From a bacterium (GTDB lineage: Bacteria > Bacteroidota > Bacteroidia > Chitinophagales > JADIYW01), in contig JBBCIS010000007.1 in the NCBI GenBank assembly GCA_037189845.1, positions 34,425 to 98,424 on the forward strand: a DNA stretch of 64,000 nucleotides, written 5' to 3'. Positions within the stretch are counted from its first letter, which is position 1, and the number at the start of each line of letters is the position of its first letter. Of this stretch, positions 48,173-59,896 are shown in pieces. A program made the translations under genes and the position numbers. The notes under the pieces were generated by a model, which was not told the DNA's origin, did not search any database, and worked only from the letters and a program-made list of their open reading frames with translations.

Positions 48173-49999
48173 ATGGATAGCATACGAGTACTCTGGGGGC
48201 TGATTCGGAAATATTTAACTCTTGTTGGGTTAAATATGCTCTTCAATATCCTTTCTGCCGGATTATCTGTTTTCTCTTTGTTGATGCTGATTCCTTTTCT
48301 TCAGGTACTTTTTTATCAGGAAGAACAACTGCTCTCTAATTCGGGTCTCCCAAAGATCCCGTTTATAGACGTGCTCTATCACCAATGGATAGATTTACTG
48401 GAAAGTCAAGGCCAGCAGACTGCACTTTTTGCGCTTTGCATTTGTCTGATGCTGGTATTTATCTTGAAAAACGGCACCAGATATCTGGCCGCATATTTCC
48501 TTGTACCTGTACGTACTGGCGTAATGCGCGATCTCAGGGCAGACATTTATAAAAAATTGCTCTCGCTGGATTTTAGCTTTTTCAAGAAAAAAAGACGTGG
48601 CGAAATTCTCACAAAATTCGGCAATGATGTTCAGGAAGTAGAATACGGCATCATCAATTTCATAGAAACCGGCATAAAAGAACCTGTCACGATTGTTGTC
48701 ACTCTGACAAGTCTGGTCATCATGAGCCCTTATCTGACCATGTGGGTTTTGATACTTTTACCTGTGTCTGCTTTAGTCATAGGCAGAATCGGAAAGAAAT
48801 TAAAAAAGGATTCTTTTAAAGCTCAATATCAGCTATCACTTTTACAGATGATGGTGGATGAAGTCATGCATGGTATCAGAATCATTCAATCTTATAATAA
48901 TACCGGTGTTTTATTCAGAAGATTTCAGGATGTCAATCAGGAATACAGAACGCTTCATTCGGATATGCTGAAAAGAAAAGAGCTGGCTTCTCCCCTTTCC
49001 GAAATGCTGGGAGTTATTGTTGTGGCGGCTTTGCTGCTCATCGGCGGTAATGCTATCCTGAATGGAAACAGCAGCTTGTCACCGGAAGTGTTTATCACAT
49101 ACATTGTCGTTTTTTCCCAGATCATTTCTCCGGCAAAAGCTTTTTCCAATGCATGGTATTTTATTCAGAAAGGAGTTGCCTCTCTGCACAGAATTCAGGA
49201 TTTGCTGGAAGAAAGACCTTTTTATGAAGTCAATCCGGGCACCATCAGCAAACATTCTTTCGACAGCAGCATAGAAATCAATAATCTGAGCTATGCATTC
49301 GAAGACAGAAGGGTATTGAAAGACATCAAACTTTCTATTAAAAAAGGTCAGAAAACAGCTTTCGTAGGACCATCAGGCAGCGGTAAAACAACTCTGATCA
49401 ATCTGATTTCCAGAATTTATGATGTTCCTCAGGGGAAAATTCTTGTAGATAATCTGGATGTAAATGATATTCAGTTACACGATTTCAGAAATCTTTATGC
49501 TATTGTTACACAAGATCCGATTTTGTTTTTTGGCTCTATTCAGGAGAATTTACTGATGGCTGATTCAAATGCTTCTTTTGAGGAAATGATAGAATCTCTG
49601 GGCCATGCTGATGCACTGAATTTTGTATTGGATCTGCCGCAAACAATGATGACAGATATAGGTGAAAGAGGTTTAATGCTCAGCGTCGGACAACAACAGA
49701 GGCTGACTCTCGCCCGTGCATATCTTAAAAATGCCCCGATTTTAATTCTCGATGAAGTAACGGCTTCGCTGGATGGCGTTTCTGACCAGTCTATCCGTGA
49801 ATCCATAGGAAAAATCAGCAAAGGCAAAACAGTCATCACTGTAGCTCACAGGCTTGCATCTATCGCAGACTATGATCAGATAGTTTTTTTAGAAAGTGGT
49901 GAAATTACCGGAATCGGAACCCACCAGGAACTGATACAATCTCATGCATTATACAGGCAGATGGTAGCTTCTCAGCAATTGAACAGTATGGTCAATTAG
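48173..49999 (+). CDS. MsbA-like ABC exporter (TMD + NBD)
   Basis: GPSGSGKT, LSVGQQQR, LILDE, AHRL. Confidence 0.9.
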   Translation: MDSIRVLWGLIRKYLTLVGLNMLFNILSAGLSVFSLLMLIPFLQVLFYQEEQLLSNSGLPKIPFIDVLYHQWIDLLESQGQQTALFALCICLMLVFILKNGTRYLAAYFLVPVRTGVMRDLRADIYKKLLSLDFSFFKKKRRGEILTKFGNDVQEVEYGIINFIETGIKEPVTIVVTLTSLVIMSPYLTMWVLILLPVSALVIGRIGKKLKKDSFKAQYQLSLLQMMVDEVMHGIRIIQSYNNTGVLFRRFQDVNQEYRTLHSDMLKRKELASPLSEMLGVIVVAALLLIGGNAILNGNSSLSPEVFITYIVVFSQIISPAKAFSNAWYFIQKGVASLHRIQDLLEERPFYEVNPGTISKHSFDSSIEINNLSYAFEDRRVLKDIKLSIKKGQKTAFVGPSGSGKTTLINLISRIYDVPQGKILVDNLDVNDIQLHDFRNLYAIVTQDPILFFGSIQENLLMADSNASFEEMIESLGHADALNFVLDLPQTMMTDIGERGLMLSVGQQQRLTLARAYLKNAPILILDEVTASLDGVSDQSIRESIGKISKGKTVITVAHRLASIADYDQIVFLESGEITGIGTHQELIQSHALYRQMVASQQLNSMVN

Positions 50000-50115
50000 G
50001 AGTAGGTGCTGACAACGGTCAACGGACAACCGCTGTTTTATTCTTCAGCAAGATTAGATATCGATTATCAAGAGTTTAAGTAAGTAGAAATCAGAGTATA
50101 ACTTCTACTAACTAA

Positions 50116-52686
50116 CTAATTAGGCATATTGAGAATCAACGTTTTCTTAGTTTCAGTCATGCCATTGATGCCAATTTCCATTTTTTTCAGCCTATCTATC
50201 ATTGCTTTTGCCTGAATTACTCTGTTATTAGGATATTCATTCTGAATCACGTTATTCACTATCCCCAATCCCTTTTTAAAGGTTTCAATATCCACTGCAA
50301 GTATATATTTTTCAAATGGGACAAAGATATCTCTGGCATAATGATGTAAAATTGACAGCATCGATCTTTCAAAATAAGGTAAATCTTCTGCCTTGGGATT
50401 TTCTGCAAGAATTTTAACTATTGCTGATTCCAGGTGTACATTTTTTACGTTCATCCAGGGTTTTGCAAAAGCATAAGCATCTTTTCCCAGGCTATCCAGC
50501 AAGATCCTCAAACAGGTTGCCCTGATTTGATTGGAGCTGTCAGTTTGCAGGAGATTTTTTGCCGTCAGAATGATTTCCGGATCTTTCAGCTTTTGCAGCG
50601 CCAACAGGGTATTGTACCTCTCAAAAACCTTATCCGAATAAAGATATGGCAATAATTTTTTCAGAAGTATTTTTTGATTTGATGAATCAAAGGAAGCCGC
50701 CAGCTCCATGATCTTCTCTCTGACAAACCAATGCTGATTTTCCATCTGAGGCAATAAAATGTCTGCGACCACTTTAAAATCTCCTTTCTTTTTCAATTGA
50801 TTGATCACAAAAATCTTATCCAGCACATAAGATGACCTGTTATAAATTGTACGCAATTCGTCGTCGGCATATGTGTACTCAGCTTCCCAAACCTGCAGCT
50901 TACCCGGATCGAAATTAATAGTCAGCGGTTTCGACGGAGAAGATATCCTGATCCTGTCCTGTTTGTTGGAAAGTGTAACCATATGCCTGACAACAGTATC
51001 CGGAAAAATCAGATCCACATCCAGTATTATCTTATGTACCGGAATTTCTGCATTGGGATGCAATATCTGCTTTTGATAAAAATCCAATACAACTTCCTTG
51101 TGCTCTTCATCGTATTTGTGAGCAATCTCTACATTCGGATGTCCCGGTTGATACCACCATTGATCAAAAAACCAATTCAAATCCTGACCTGTCACTTTTT
51201 CAAAAGCCATCCTTAACTGATGTACTTCTGCTGATTGAAATTCATTAGCTTTTAAATATTCTCCCAATCCCTCAAAAAATGCTTCATCTCCGATGTATTT
51301 TCTCAAAAGATGTAATGCCATTCCTCCCTTTTCATACCTGTGCCTGTCAAACACATCCTTGGGAAGTGTATAATAGTTTTGTATGATTGGCTCTACTTTC
51401 TGGTAGGTATATTCATGCAGGTAGGAATTATACCTGTTGTACCAATGCACATGCGCATCGTCTATTCCTTTCCATTTTTCCAGCCAGAGATATTCTCCGT
51501 AATTTGCAAAAGATTCATTCAGGGTGATTTGTGACCAGCTTTCACAAGTCACCAGATCGCCAAACCACTGGTGCACCAGCTCATGCGCAATGATGAGATC
51601 TTCACCCCAATATTTATCCAGGAGATCCTGTCTACTGCACATCATTCCTTCGTGAAATACAGATATCGTGGTATTCTCCATTGCTCCGGCAGTAAAATCA
51701 TATACTGCTACCTGCTTGTAATTATCCCAGGGATAGTCGTAATAAAATAAATCAGAGAAATACTCCATCATTTCCGGTGTCCGTCCAAATACTTCCTGCA
51801 CATCTTTGAAATAAGGCTCCAAAGCATAATAACTGACTTCTTTATCTCTCCACTTATCTTCATATTTCAGATACGGGCCCACTATCAGAGCAAATAAGTA
51901 AGGAGTATGTGTCTGATTTTGACGCCAGTAATCTGTTCTGGATCCATCTGTATTTTTAGTCTGGCTGATCAAAGTTCCGTTAGAAATCGTCGTCATAGAA
52001 TCAGCTACTGTTACATATATTTCCTGAGTCGTTCTTTGGTTGGAAGCATCCAGCGTAGGAAACCAGCAGGATGATGTTTCTGTCTCCCCCTGCGTCCATA
52101 AAATGGTGGCCCGGTAAGGATTGGTTTTATGACTATTGATGAAATAAGCACCCTGCCCCAACACTTTTTGCATATCATTCAGCTCATGTGTATGTGCGGT
52201 ATATTGAATTTTAATTTCAAAAGTATCCTTTCTTCCGACTGCCTGGGGTAGCTGGATTTTCAGCTTCATACCATCATACGCATACTGCATAGGAGCTACA
52301 TATTGATCTAAGCTCCATGAAACCGTATCAAAATCCATCCCTTTTGCATCCAGCACTAATTCCGACTGCTTATAAAATTGTGCTTTCAATTTTAGTGTTG
52401 CAATACCACTGATTGATCTTTTTTCAAAATCAGGGGTGATTTCCAATTTCGTATGCAGCAGCTCGAAATACCTGGTATAAGATCCTTTATAGTCTGATAT
52501 TTTGTTGACGGGAAACACATTCATTGTGTCCATCAGATATTCTTCAAAAGTATCTTTCTGTTGATTTTTTTTGTTTTTCCTTTTCTGTCCGTACGCCGGT
52601 AGAATAGATGTAAATATTAAAATCAGTATTAAAAGTTTTAAGATCGGCTTATCGGATATCATTTTTTTCACATTTGGGTATATCAT
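50116..52686 (-). CDS. M1-family aminopeptidase with HEAT-like tail
   Basis: GAMEN, HELVHQWFGD...NESFA, RYEKG. Confidence 0.92.
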   Translation of the reverse strand: MIYPNVKKMISDKPILKLLILILIFTSILPAYGQKRKNKKNQQKDTFEEYLMDTMNVFPVNKISDYKGSYTRYFELLHTKLEITPDFEKRSISGIATLKLKAQFYKQSELVLDAKGMDFDTVSWSLDQYVAPMQYAYDGMKLKIQLPQAVGRKDTFEIKIQYTAHTHELNDMQKVLGQGAYFINSHKTNPYRATILWTQGETETSSCWFPTLDASNQRTTQEIYVTVADSMTTISNGTLISQTKNTDGSRTDYWRQNQTHTPYLFALIVGPYLKYEDKWRDKEVSYYALEPYFKDVQEVFGRTPEMMEYFSDLFYYDYPWDNYKQVAVYDFTAGAMENTTISVFHEGMMCSRQDLLDKYWGEDLIIAHELVHQWFGDLVTCESWSQITLNESFANYGEYLWLEKWKGIDDAHVHWYNRYNSYLHEYTYQKVEPIIQNYYTLPKDVFDRHRYEKGGMALHLLRKYIGDEAFFEGLGEYLKANEFQSAEVHQLRMAFEKVTGQDLNWFFDQWWYQPGHPNVEIAHKYDEEHKEVVLDFYQKQILHPNAEIPVHKIILDVDLIFPDTVVRHMVTLSNKQDRIRISSPSKPLTINFDPGKLQVWEAEYTYADDELRTIYNRSSYVLDKIFVINQLKKKGDFKVVADILLPQMENQHWFVREKIMELAASFDSSNQKILLKKLLPYLYSDKVFERYNTLLALQKLKDPEIILTAKNLLQTDSSNQIRATCLRILLDSLGKDAYAFAKPWMNVKNVHLESAIVKILAENPKAEDLPYFERSMLSILHHYARDIFVPFEKYILAVDIETFKKGLGIVNNVIQNEYPNNRVIQAKAMIDRLKKMEIGINGMTETKKTLILNMPN

Positions 52687-52750
52687 ATCAATGGATAGGC
52701 ATTGAATATTGTTTATCTTGGCTTGGGATTTTCAGATTAATAGCAAATTC

Positions 52751-53254
52751 ATGAAATATAAGGTTAATGACGCAAAAGATAACACTGTAGATGTAACTTT
52801 TGAAGCAGATAAAATCATTTTAAACGGTCAGCCGATCGATTTAGATCTCGCCAATATCTCTTCTGACAGATATCACATTCTCCATAATAATCAATCTTTT
52901 AACCTGGAAATTCTTGAAGCAGATCTGGCCAACAAGCTTTTCAAAGTCAAAGTAAATGATCAGGTTTTTGATCTTACTTTAGAAAATGAACTGGACCAGC
53001 AGCTCAGAAAAATGGGAATGTCCAAAGCTGCCTCTGAAAAAATTGACAAAGTCAATGCGCCTATGCCGGGATTGGTGCTTCAGATTCTGGTCGCTCCGGG
53101 ACAAGAAGTTAAAAAAGGCGATTCTTTGATTATTCTTGAAGCCATGAAAATGGAAAACATCATCAAATGTGCCGGAAGCGGAGTCGTCAAAAATATTCTT
53201 GTAAAGCAAAAAGACGCTGTAGAAAAAAATCAGGTCTTGATAGAAATGGAATAA
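52751..53254 (+). CDS. Biotin carboxyl carrier protein
   Basis: APMPG and EAMKMEN biotinylation motif. Confidence 0.92.
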   Translation: MKYKVNDAKDNTVDVTFEADKIILNGQPIDLDLANISSDRYHILHNNQSFNLEILEADLANKLFKVKVNDQVFDLTLENELDQQLRKMGMSKAASEKIDKVNAPMPGLVLQILVAPGQEVKKGDSLIILEAMKMENIIKCAGSGVVKNILVKQKDAVEKNQVLIEME

Positions 53255-53255
53255 A

Positions 53256-53894
53256 ATGTCTGAACTGATTTCTGACCAGCTGGAGCAATATATTTTCGAC
53301 CATACATCTGATGTTTCTGATGTGCTGAATGCATTGGAACGCAAAACTTTCAAAGATGTATTAATGCCCCGCATGCTTTCCGGAAAAGTTCAGGGAAAAT
53401 TTCTATCTCTCATCAGCAAATTGGTTCGCCCTCAAAATATCCTTGAAATAGGTACTTATACCGGTTATTCTGCTATTTGTCTGGCAGAAGGATTGGCAGA
53501 AAATGGTCAGCTGATCACGATTGACATCAATGAAGAAAGAGAAGACCTGGTCAATGAAGCTATTCTTTCAGCAGGCTTTCAGGAAAAAATTATCTGCAAA
53601 ATCGGACATGCTCCGGATATCATCCCTGATTTAGATCTGGTGTTTGATATCGTTTTCATCGATGCTGATAAAATCAACTACAGCCTGTATTTTGATCTGG
53701 TCATAGATAAAGTCCGTTCCGGTGGCATCATTTTAGCGGACAACGTACTTTGGAATGGAAAAGTAGCAGAAGAAAAAAAGGACAAGGATACGGATGCTTT
53801 GAAATCTTTTAACCGAAAAGTTCAACAAGATTCCAGAGTAGAAAACGTTATTCTGTCTGTGAGAGATGGGATAACACTGATTTACAAAAAATAA
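53256..53894 (+). CDS. O-methyltransferase (family 3)
   Basis: LEIGTYTGYS, FIDADK, DNVLWNG, RDG. Confidence 0.92.
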   Translation: MSELISDQLEQYIFDHTSDVSDVLNALERKTFKDVLMPRMLSGKVQGKFLSLISKLVRPQNILEIGTYTGYSAICLAEGLAENGQLITIDINEEREDLVNEAILSAGFQEKIICKIGHAPDIIPDLDLVFDIVFIDADKINYSLYFDLVIDKVRSGGIILADNVLWNGKVAEEKKDKDTDALKSFNRKVQQDSRVENVILSVRDGITLIYKK

Positions 53895-53906
53895 TAAATG
53901 CCTTTT

Positions 53907-55265
53907 ATGAAAAAAATATTGTCGGTACTCACATTCATCTTTATCATGAATGCCTCTATCGTATCAATATTTGCCAATACCAAAGCTACTGCTGAGGAAT
54001 ATATCCAGATGTACAAAGGGATTGCTATTTCTGAAATGAAGAAATATGGTATTCCCGCCAGCATCAAGCTCGCCCAGGGACTGATAGAAAGTGGCATAGG
54101 ATCCAGCAGACTTGCCGTACAAGGCAACAATCACTTTGGCATCAAATGTCATTCTGTATGGACAGGACCTTCAATGAAGCACACGGATGATGCTCCTGAC
54201 GAATGTTTCAGAGTATATGATGACCCCAAAAAGTCATTCATGGATCATTCACAGTTTCTGATGTCCAGGCCGTGGTATGCCCCTTTATTCAAGCTTAAAA
54301 CCAATGATTATGTAGGTTGGGCAAAAGGACTTAAAAAAGCCGGTTATGCTACCAATCCCCGATACGCAGAAATGCTGATAGATGTCATCGAACGGAATCA
54401 GCTTTTTGTTTACGATATGGATCTGTCTGAAAAAGAGATGGAGACATACCGGGGTCAGCTTATAGAAAAAGAAAAAGAAGAGCTGATTGCGCTTCAGAAT
54501 AAAGATTTTAATGTAAAATCCACTCATCAGGTAGCATTACCTACATCCAGACCTTCTGCCCACTCCGGTGTACCATCCGGCACTATCTTTTACAACAATA
54601 AGGTAAAAGTGGTCAGGCTCCTGAAAGGAGAGACGATTCAGGACATCAGCAAAAAATACAATATTTCTGTCAGCAAGCTCAGACAATACAATGACCTGAC
54701 TGCCAAACAGGAAATTCCCGAAGGCCAGCTTGTTTATCTGGGAGAAAAGAAAACCAAGGCAAAACAAAAGACACACCTGGTTTTAGCACATGAAAACATG
54801 TGGAGTATTTCTCAAAACTACGGAGTGAGCCTGAGTAAATTATATGAAAGAAATCTCTTGAAAAAGGGAGAAGAACCCGTTACAGGCACTAAATTATTCC
54901 TGAAGAAAAAAGCAAAAGTAAAACCTGCTATCAGAAAATCCGGTAGAGAAAAACAGCCCGCATCTATTACTGTTCCCATTGTCACTCAAACAGGAACTGA
55001 AAAAAACAGCAGTCAGGAAATCACAGCTCCTGTCGTGAAAAATCCTGTTATTAACAACACCATCTCCATCAACTTCCATCCATTCACCAATCCTCCTTCC
55101 GGTGATGGAACTCCGGTCAAGTTTATTTATCATACTGTTCAGACAGGCGATACACTATACAATATTTCAAAAAGATACAATGTAGATGTAGAGCAAATCA
55201 AGGCATGGAACAGAATGACCGATAGCAGCATACAACTCCATCAACAATTAATTATCTTTCCATAA
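53907..55265 (+). CDS. GH73 glucosaminidase with LysM domains
   Basis: PASIKLAQGLIES, NNHFGIKC, GYATNP, three LysM-like repeats. Confidence 0.92.
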   Translation: MKKILSVLTFIFIMNASIVSIFANTKATAEEYIQMYKGIAISEMKKYGIPASIKLAQGLIESGIGSSRLAVQGNNHFGIKCHSVWTGPSMKHTDDAPDECFRVYDDPKKSFMDHSQFLMSRPWYAPLFKLKTNDYVGWAKGLKKAGYATNPRYAEMLIDVIERNQLFVYDMDLSEKEMETYRGQLIEKEKEELIALQNKDFNVKSTHQVALPTSRPSAHSGVPSGTIFYNNKVKVVRLLKGETIQDISKKYNISVSKLRQYNDLTAKQEIPEGQLVYLGEKKTKAKQKTHLVLAHENMWSISQNYGVSLSKLYERNLLKKGEEPVTGTKLFLKKKAKVKPAIRKSGREKQPASITVPIVTQTGTEKNSSQEITAPVVKNPVINNTISINFHPFTNPPSGDGTPVKFIYHTVQTGDTLYNISKRYNVDVEQIKAWNRMTDSSIQLHQQLIIFP

Positions 55266-55274
55266 AAAAGTTTT

Positions 55275-55817
55275 ATGAGCAATATTCATATTGACGGCAA
55301 AGAATTTAAAATCTTTATCACTCAAGAGAGAATAGAAAAAAGAATTCGTGAAATTGCTCTGGAAATCCAAGACAAGCATAAAGGTGAGGTTCCTGTTTTT
55401 ATCATTATCCTGAATGGAGCATTTATGTTTGCAGGAGAATTTTTTAAATCTTACACTTCTCCCTGTGAAATAGAATTCGTCAAGCTCATGTCCTATATCG
55501 GTACAGAAAGCTCCGGAGATGTGATCAATTGTATCGGAATCACAGAAGAGCTTGTAAAAGGTCGTTCTATCATTATTCTGGAAGATATTATCGACTCGGG
55601 AATTACGATGGATTATTTCATTGAATATCTGCAGGCACTACAGCCCAAATCAGTAGAAATTGCTTCACTCCTGTTCAAACCTGACAATCTGAAGAAAGAT
55701 ATTAATCTCAATTATTATGGATTCAGTATCGACCCCCTTTTTGTGGTAGGATACGGATTGGATTTTAATCATCAGGGACGAAATTTGAACAATATTTATC
55801 AAATAGTTAACTCATGA
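55275..55817 (+). CDS. hpt: Hypoxanthine phosphoribosyltransferase
   Basis: ILNGAFMF, LEDIIDSGIT, FVVGYGLD. Confidence 0.92.
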   Translation: MSNIHIDGKEFKIFITQERIEKRIREIALEIQDKHKGEVPVFIIILNGAFMFAGEFFKSYTSPCEIEFVKLMSYIGTESSGDVINCIGITEELVKGRSIIILEDIIDSGITMDYFIEYLQALQPKSVEIASLLFKPDNLKKDINLNYYGFSIDPLFVVGYGLDFNHQGRNLNNIYQIVNS

Positions 55818-55861
55818 AACAATTGAGAATGTTATTTTTGTCCAAACATTCTTAATCACAC

Positions 55862-56440
55862 ATGCTGAATTTAATATTGTTTGGCCCTCCGGGAAGCGGC
55901 AAAGGTACCCAAGCACAATATCTGGTAGAAAAATATCAATTATTACACATCTCTACCGGTGATCTTTTGAGAAGCGAAATCAAAGCATCCACTCCTCTTG
56001 GTATTGAAGCAAAAACTTACATCGACAAAGGAGAATTAGTTCCTGATGAAGTAGTGATAGGTATGATCAGCAGCCAGTTGGATTCAAATATCGGAAAAGT
56101 TAAAGGCTTTATTTTCGATGGATTTCCGAGAACCAAACCTCAGGCAGAAGCTTTGGATAAATTATTAGATTTCAAAAATACTTCTATCAGCCAGGTACTT
56201 GCTTTGGAAGTTTCTGAAGAAGAGGTAGTTTCCAGAATTCTGAACCGCGGGTTGACTTCAGGAAGAACAGATGATAATGATCAGCAAATCATCAAAAACA
56301 GATTCAATGTTTACCTGAAAGAAACGACTGCAGTAGCAGAACATTACAAAGAATTCGGCAAGTTTACTGCAATTCCGGGCGAAGGTACTATTGAGGAAGT
56401 TTTTGCTTCTTTATGTACTGCTATTGATCCGTTGATATAA
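55862..56440 (+). CDS. adk: Adenylate kinase (short LID)
   Basis: GPPGSGKGTQ, HISTGDLLR, DGFPRT, RTDD. Confidence 0.96.
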   Translation: MLNLILFGPPGSGKGTQAQYLVEKYQLLHISTGDLLRSEIKASTPLGIEAKTYIDKGELVPDEVVIGMISSQLDSNIGKVKGFIFDGFPRTKPQAEALDKLLDFKNTSISQVLALEVSEEEVVSRILNRGLTSGRTDDNDQQIIKNRFNVYLKETTAVAEHYKEFGKFTAIPGEGTIEEVFASLCTAIDPLI

Positions 56441-56461
56441 GCAGCAAATAAACTATATCAT

Positions 56462-56496
56462 AAAAGGAGCTTCCCAACCGGACAGCTCCTTTTTTT
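56462..56496. terminator. Bidirectional intrinsic terminator
   Basis: AAAAGGAGCT...AGCTCCTTTTTTT between convergent adk and usp genes. Confidence 0.8.
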
Positions 56497-56499
56497 ATA

Positions 56500-57318
56500 C
56501 TACTCTTTCAGTACCAGAACAGGTGTATTGAATTCTGTAGCCAAGGTCGCACTGATATTTCCCGAGAGTAAACGCTTCCAGAAAGTTTTCTTATTAGATG
56601 ATGTGATCAGAAAATCTATTTCTTTCTCCTTCAGAAAATCATACATTCCGTTTACAACCGAATCATCCTGAATAAAATGGAACTCCAGCTCTCTGTCACT
56701 AAAATTATTTTTTATCTGGTCCAATACTGATTTATCTGCTTCATATACATCCTGCTCATCACTATAAACATGAGCTACATTCAGATGTGTCAAACCAAAA
56801 TGACCGATAAACTTAAATGCTTCGGTGAGGTGATCTATCTTAGGCGAGACCAGCTGATGGGCAAATGCTACATTTTTTATCTCTCTCTGATGAAATTTGG
56901 AAGGTATAACAACGGTCGGAACATTTAACTGAGTCAAAACATAAGCTGCAGTGCTACCAACAATTTTATCCAGAAGACTCGTTTTTCCATGTGTACCCAT
57001 AATGATCAGATTGATATTATATTCTTCTATGAGATTTTCTAACTCACTCATGACATATCCTGACAACAATACTTTTTGAGTAGGAATATTTAGTTTTTCA
57101 AACTCTTCCTGTGCTTCACGAAGCGTTTCCTCTGCTGTGTGATACAACACCGAAGTCAATTCAACAGTAGAACCCATTTGTGTAATAGTACCCACAACCG
57201 GAACCAATGCGTGAAAAATTATTACCTCGCTCCCGCTTGCTGCTGCAAGTTTTTCAGTAAAACGCATTGCGTGGGTGGAATGCTCTGAAAAATCTGTCAG
57301 AAATAAGATTTTATACAT
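56500..57318 (-). CDS. Universal stress protein (tandem USP)
   Basis: KILFLTDFS, IIMGTHG...GSTA, PVLVL. Confidence 0.88.
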   Translation of the reverse strand: MYKILFLTDFSEHSTHAMRFTEKLAAASGSEVIIFHALVPVVGTITQMGSTVELTSVLYHTAEETLREAQEEFEKLNIPTQKVLLSGYVMSELENLIEEYNINLIIMGTHGKTSLLDKIVGSTAAYVLTQLNVPTVVIPSKFHQREIKNVAFAHQLVSPKIDHLTEAFKFIGHFGLTHLNVAHVYSDEQDVYEADKSVLDQIKNNFSDRELEFHFIQDDSVVNGMYDFLKEKEIDFLITSSNKKTFWKRLLSGNISATLATEFNTPVLVLKE

Positions 57319-57477
57319 ACATGCACAAAGTTTAGAATACAACAACAGTTATCCTTTTCAATGTAGCTAACAATTTTTAATAGTATTATCATTTAGCTAA
57401 AAATAATATTAGGCTAATGTTAATTTTTCATTAAAATATTCTATATATTTCTAAAATAGAAAATTAAAAACCAAAGA

Positions 57478-59685
57478 ATGAAAGAATCAATACTCTATCT
57501 CATCCCAATATTGGGATTACTCGGACTAATCGTCATGTTTGTTAAATATCAATGGGTCTCCAAACAAGAACCGGGAGACAAAAAAATGCAGGAACTGGCA
57601 GGTTATATCGCTGCAGGAGCCATCGCATTTCTTAAAGCTGAATGGAAAATTCTTTCCTACTTTGTAATCATTATTGGTTTGTTATTAGCCTATTCAGGCA
57701 CTTTAGTAGAACATTCCAGTCCTTTAATTGCACTATCCTTTGTAATTGGAGCAGTTTCCTCAGCCGTAGCCGGATATATCGGGATGAAAATTGCTACCAA
57801 AGCTAATGTCAGAACCACCCAGGCTGCCAGAACATCCTTATCCAAAGCACTTTCTGTGTCTTTTACAGGTGGCACTGTAATGGGTCTGGGAGTTGCCGGA
57901 CTAGCAGTATTCGGACTGGGAGGATTGTTTATCATTTTCTTAAAACTGTTCAATGTTATAGATGTCACCAGTGATGCGATGAAAACCACCATTGAGGTTC
58001 TGACCGGGTTTTCTTTGGGAGCAGAATCTATAGCATTGTTTGCGAGAGTAGGCGGGGGAATTTACACCAAAGCTGCTGACGTAGGTGCGGATCTCGTAGG
58101 TAAGGTGGAAGCGGGTATTCCTGAGGATGATGTCAGAAATCCTGCGACTATTGCAGACAACGTAGGCGATAATGTGGGTGACGTAGCAGGGATGGGTGCA
58201 GACTTATTCGGTTCTTATGTAGCAACCATTCTTGCAACTATGGTTTTAGGACAGGAAATCATATCTGTAGACCAGTTCGGAGGATTCGCTCCTATTCTAT
58301 TGCCTATGATCATTGCAGGCCTGGGAATTATATTTTCCATTGTCGGGACATGGTTTGTCAAAGTAAAAAATGAAACTGACAGCGTACAGAATGCCTTAAA
58401 TCTTGGCAACTGGGTTTCTATCATACTCACAGGAGTAGCCTCTGTATTTTTAGTTAAATGGATGCTCCCTGAGACTATGTCGTGGAGCAATCCTGCCAGA
58501 GGAGCAGATTTTACACAAGAAGGAGTCATTGGCGCCATTATTTTAGGTTTGGTAGTAGGAGCATTGATGAGCATCATTACAGAATACTATACCGCAATGG
58601 GCAAAAGGCCGGTATTGAGCATTGTCAGACAATCATCTACCGGTCATGCTACCAATATTATCGGAGGATTATCCGTTGGAATGGAGAGTACGGTGTTACC
58701 AATTTTAGTTTTGGCAGTAGGGATATACGGTTCATACTATTTTGCCGGACTTTATGGAGTAGCAATTGCTGCAGCCGGGATGATGGCTACCACTGCTATG
58801 CAGCTGGCAATAGATGCATTCGGACCTATTGCAGATAATGCAGGGGGAATTGCGGAAATGAGTCAGCTGCCTGAAGAGGTACGCGGTCGTACAGATAATC
58901 TCGACGCTGTAGGAAATACGACCGCTGCTACCGGAAAAGGATTTGCTATTGCTTCCGCTGCTTTGACTTCACTGGCATTATTTGCAGCATTCGTAGGAAT
59001 ATCCGGCATTAGCTCCATCGATATTTATAAAGCAGATGTACTGGCCGGTCTATTCGTAGGCGGTATGATACCTTTTATTTTTTCATCTTTGGCTATTGCA
59101 GCGGTTGGAAGGGCAGCGATGGCAATGGTAGAGGAAGTCAGAAGACAATTCAGAGAGATTCCGGGAATTATGGAATACAAAGCTAAACCTGAATATGAAA
59201 AATGCGTGGCCATCTCTACCAATGCTTCCATCAGAGAAATGATTGCACCGGGATTGATTGCATTAATTACACCTGTCCTGGTTGGATTTGTTTTCGGCCC
59301 TGAGGTATTAGGTGGATTATTGGCCGGCGTTACTGTTTCCGGTGTTTTGATGGGAATATTCCAAAGCAATGCAGGTGGAGCCTGGGACAATGCAAAAAAG
59401 TCTTTTGAAAAAGGAGTAGAGATCAACGGAGAGATTTACTACAAAAAATCAGAACCACACAAAGCTGCTGTAACAGGAGATACTGTAGGAGATCCTTTCA
59501 AAGATACTTCCGGCCCTTCCATGAACATCCTGATCAAATTAATGTCCATTGTTGCGCTGGTAATTGCCCCACACATTGCTGTACATTCCGGTCACACCTC
59601 CACTATTGAGAAAAAAATAGAAATAACAGAAAGTACCGATGGTTCCGTTGTGGTCGAACAAGAGGTCATCGTAGAAGATAACTAA
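57478..59685 (+). CDS. hppA: K+-dependent membrane-integral pyrophosphatase
   Basis: [48 protein letters not shown]. Confidence 0.95.
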   Translation: MKESILYLIPILGLLGLIVMFVKYQWVSKQEPGDKKMQELAGYIAAGAIAFLKAEWKILSYFVIIIGLLLAYSGTLVEHSSPLIALSFVIGAVSSAVAGYIGMKIATKANVRTTQAARTSLSKALSVSFTGGTVMGLGVAGLAVFGLGGLFIIFLKLFNVIDVTSDAMKTTIEVLTGFSLGAESIALFARVGGGIYTKAADVGADLVGKVEAGIPEDDVRNPATIADNVGDNVGDVAGMGADLFGSYVATILATMVLGQEIISVDQFGGFAPILLPMIIAGLGIIFSIVGTWFVKVKNETDSVQNALNLGNWVSIILTGVASVFLVKWMLPETMSWSNPARGADFTQEGVIGAIILGLVVGALMSIITEYYTAMGKRPVLSIVRQSSTGHATNIIGGLSVGMESTVLPILVLAVGIYGSYYFAGLYGVAIAAAGMMATTAMQLAIDAFGPIADNAGGIAEMSQLPEEVRGRTDNLDAVGNTTAATGKGFAIASAALTSLALFAAFVGISGISSIDIYKADVLAGLFVGGMIPFIFSSLAIAAVGRAAMAMVEEVRRQFREIPGIMEYKAKPEYEKCVAISTNASIREMIAPGLIALITPVLVGFVFGPEVLGGLLAGVTVSGVLMGIFQSNAGGAWDNAKKSFEKGVEINGEIYYKKSEPHKAAVTGDTVGDPFKDTSGPSMNILIKLMSIVALVIAPHIAVHSGHTSTIEKKIEITESTDGSVVVEQEVIVEDN

Positions 59686-59718
59686 AAATTTGGTTTCATT
59701 TTAGTTTGAGTTTTGGAA

Positions 59719-59750
59719 GCCCGGGTTTGAAAGGATCCGGGTATTTTTTT
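59719..59750 (+). terminator. Intrinsic terminator
   Basis: GCCCGGGTTT-GAA-AGGATCCGGGT followed by a T-run. Confidence 0.7.
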
Positions 59751-59896
59751 GGAGTGAGTAATATCTGGATAAATTATTTACACTTGAATATTAACAATAA
59801 TACAACGTAACAACTCAACAAGACCAAAATATTTAAAGAATCAATAGCCAGGAAAATACTTACACTTTCATTCTGTCAATCTATTAACTTAGCAGT

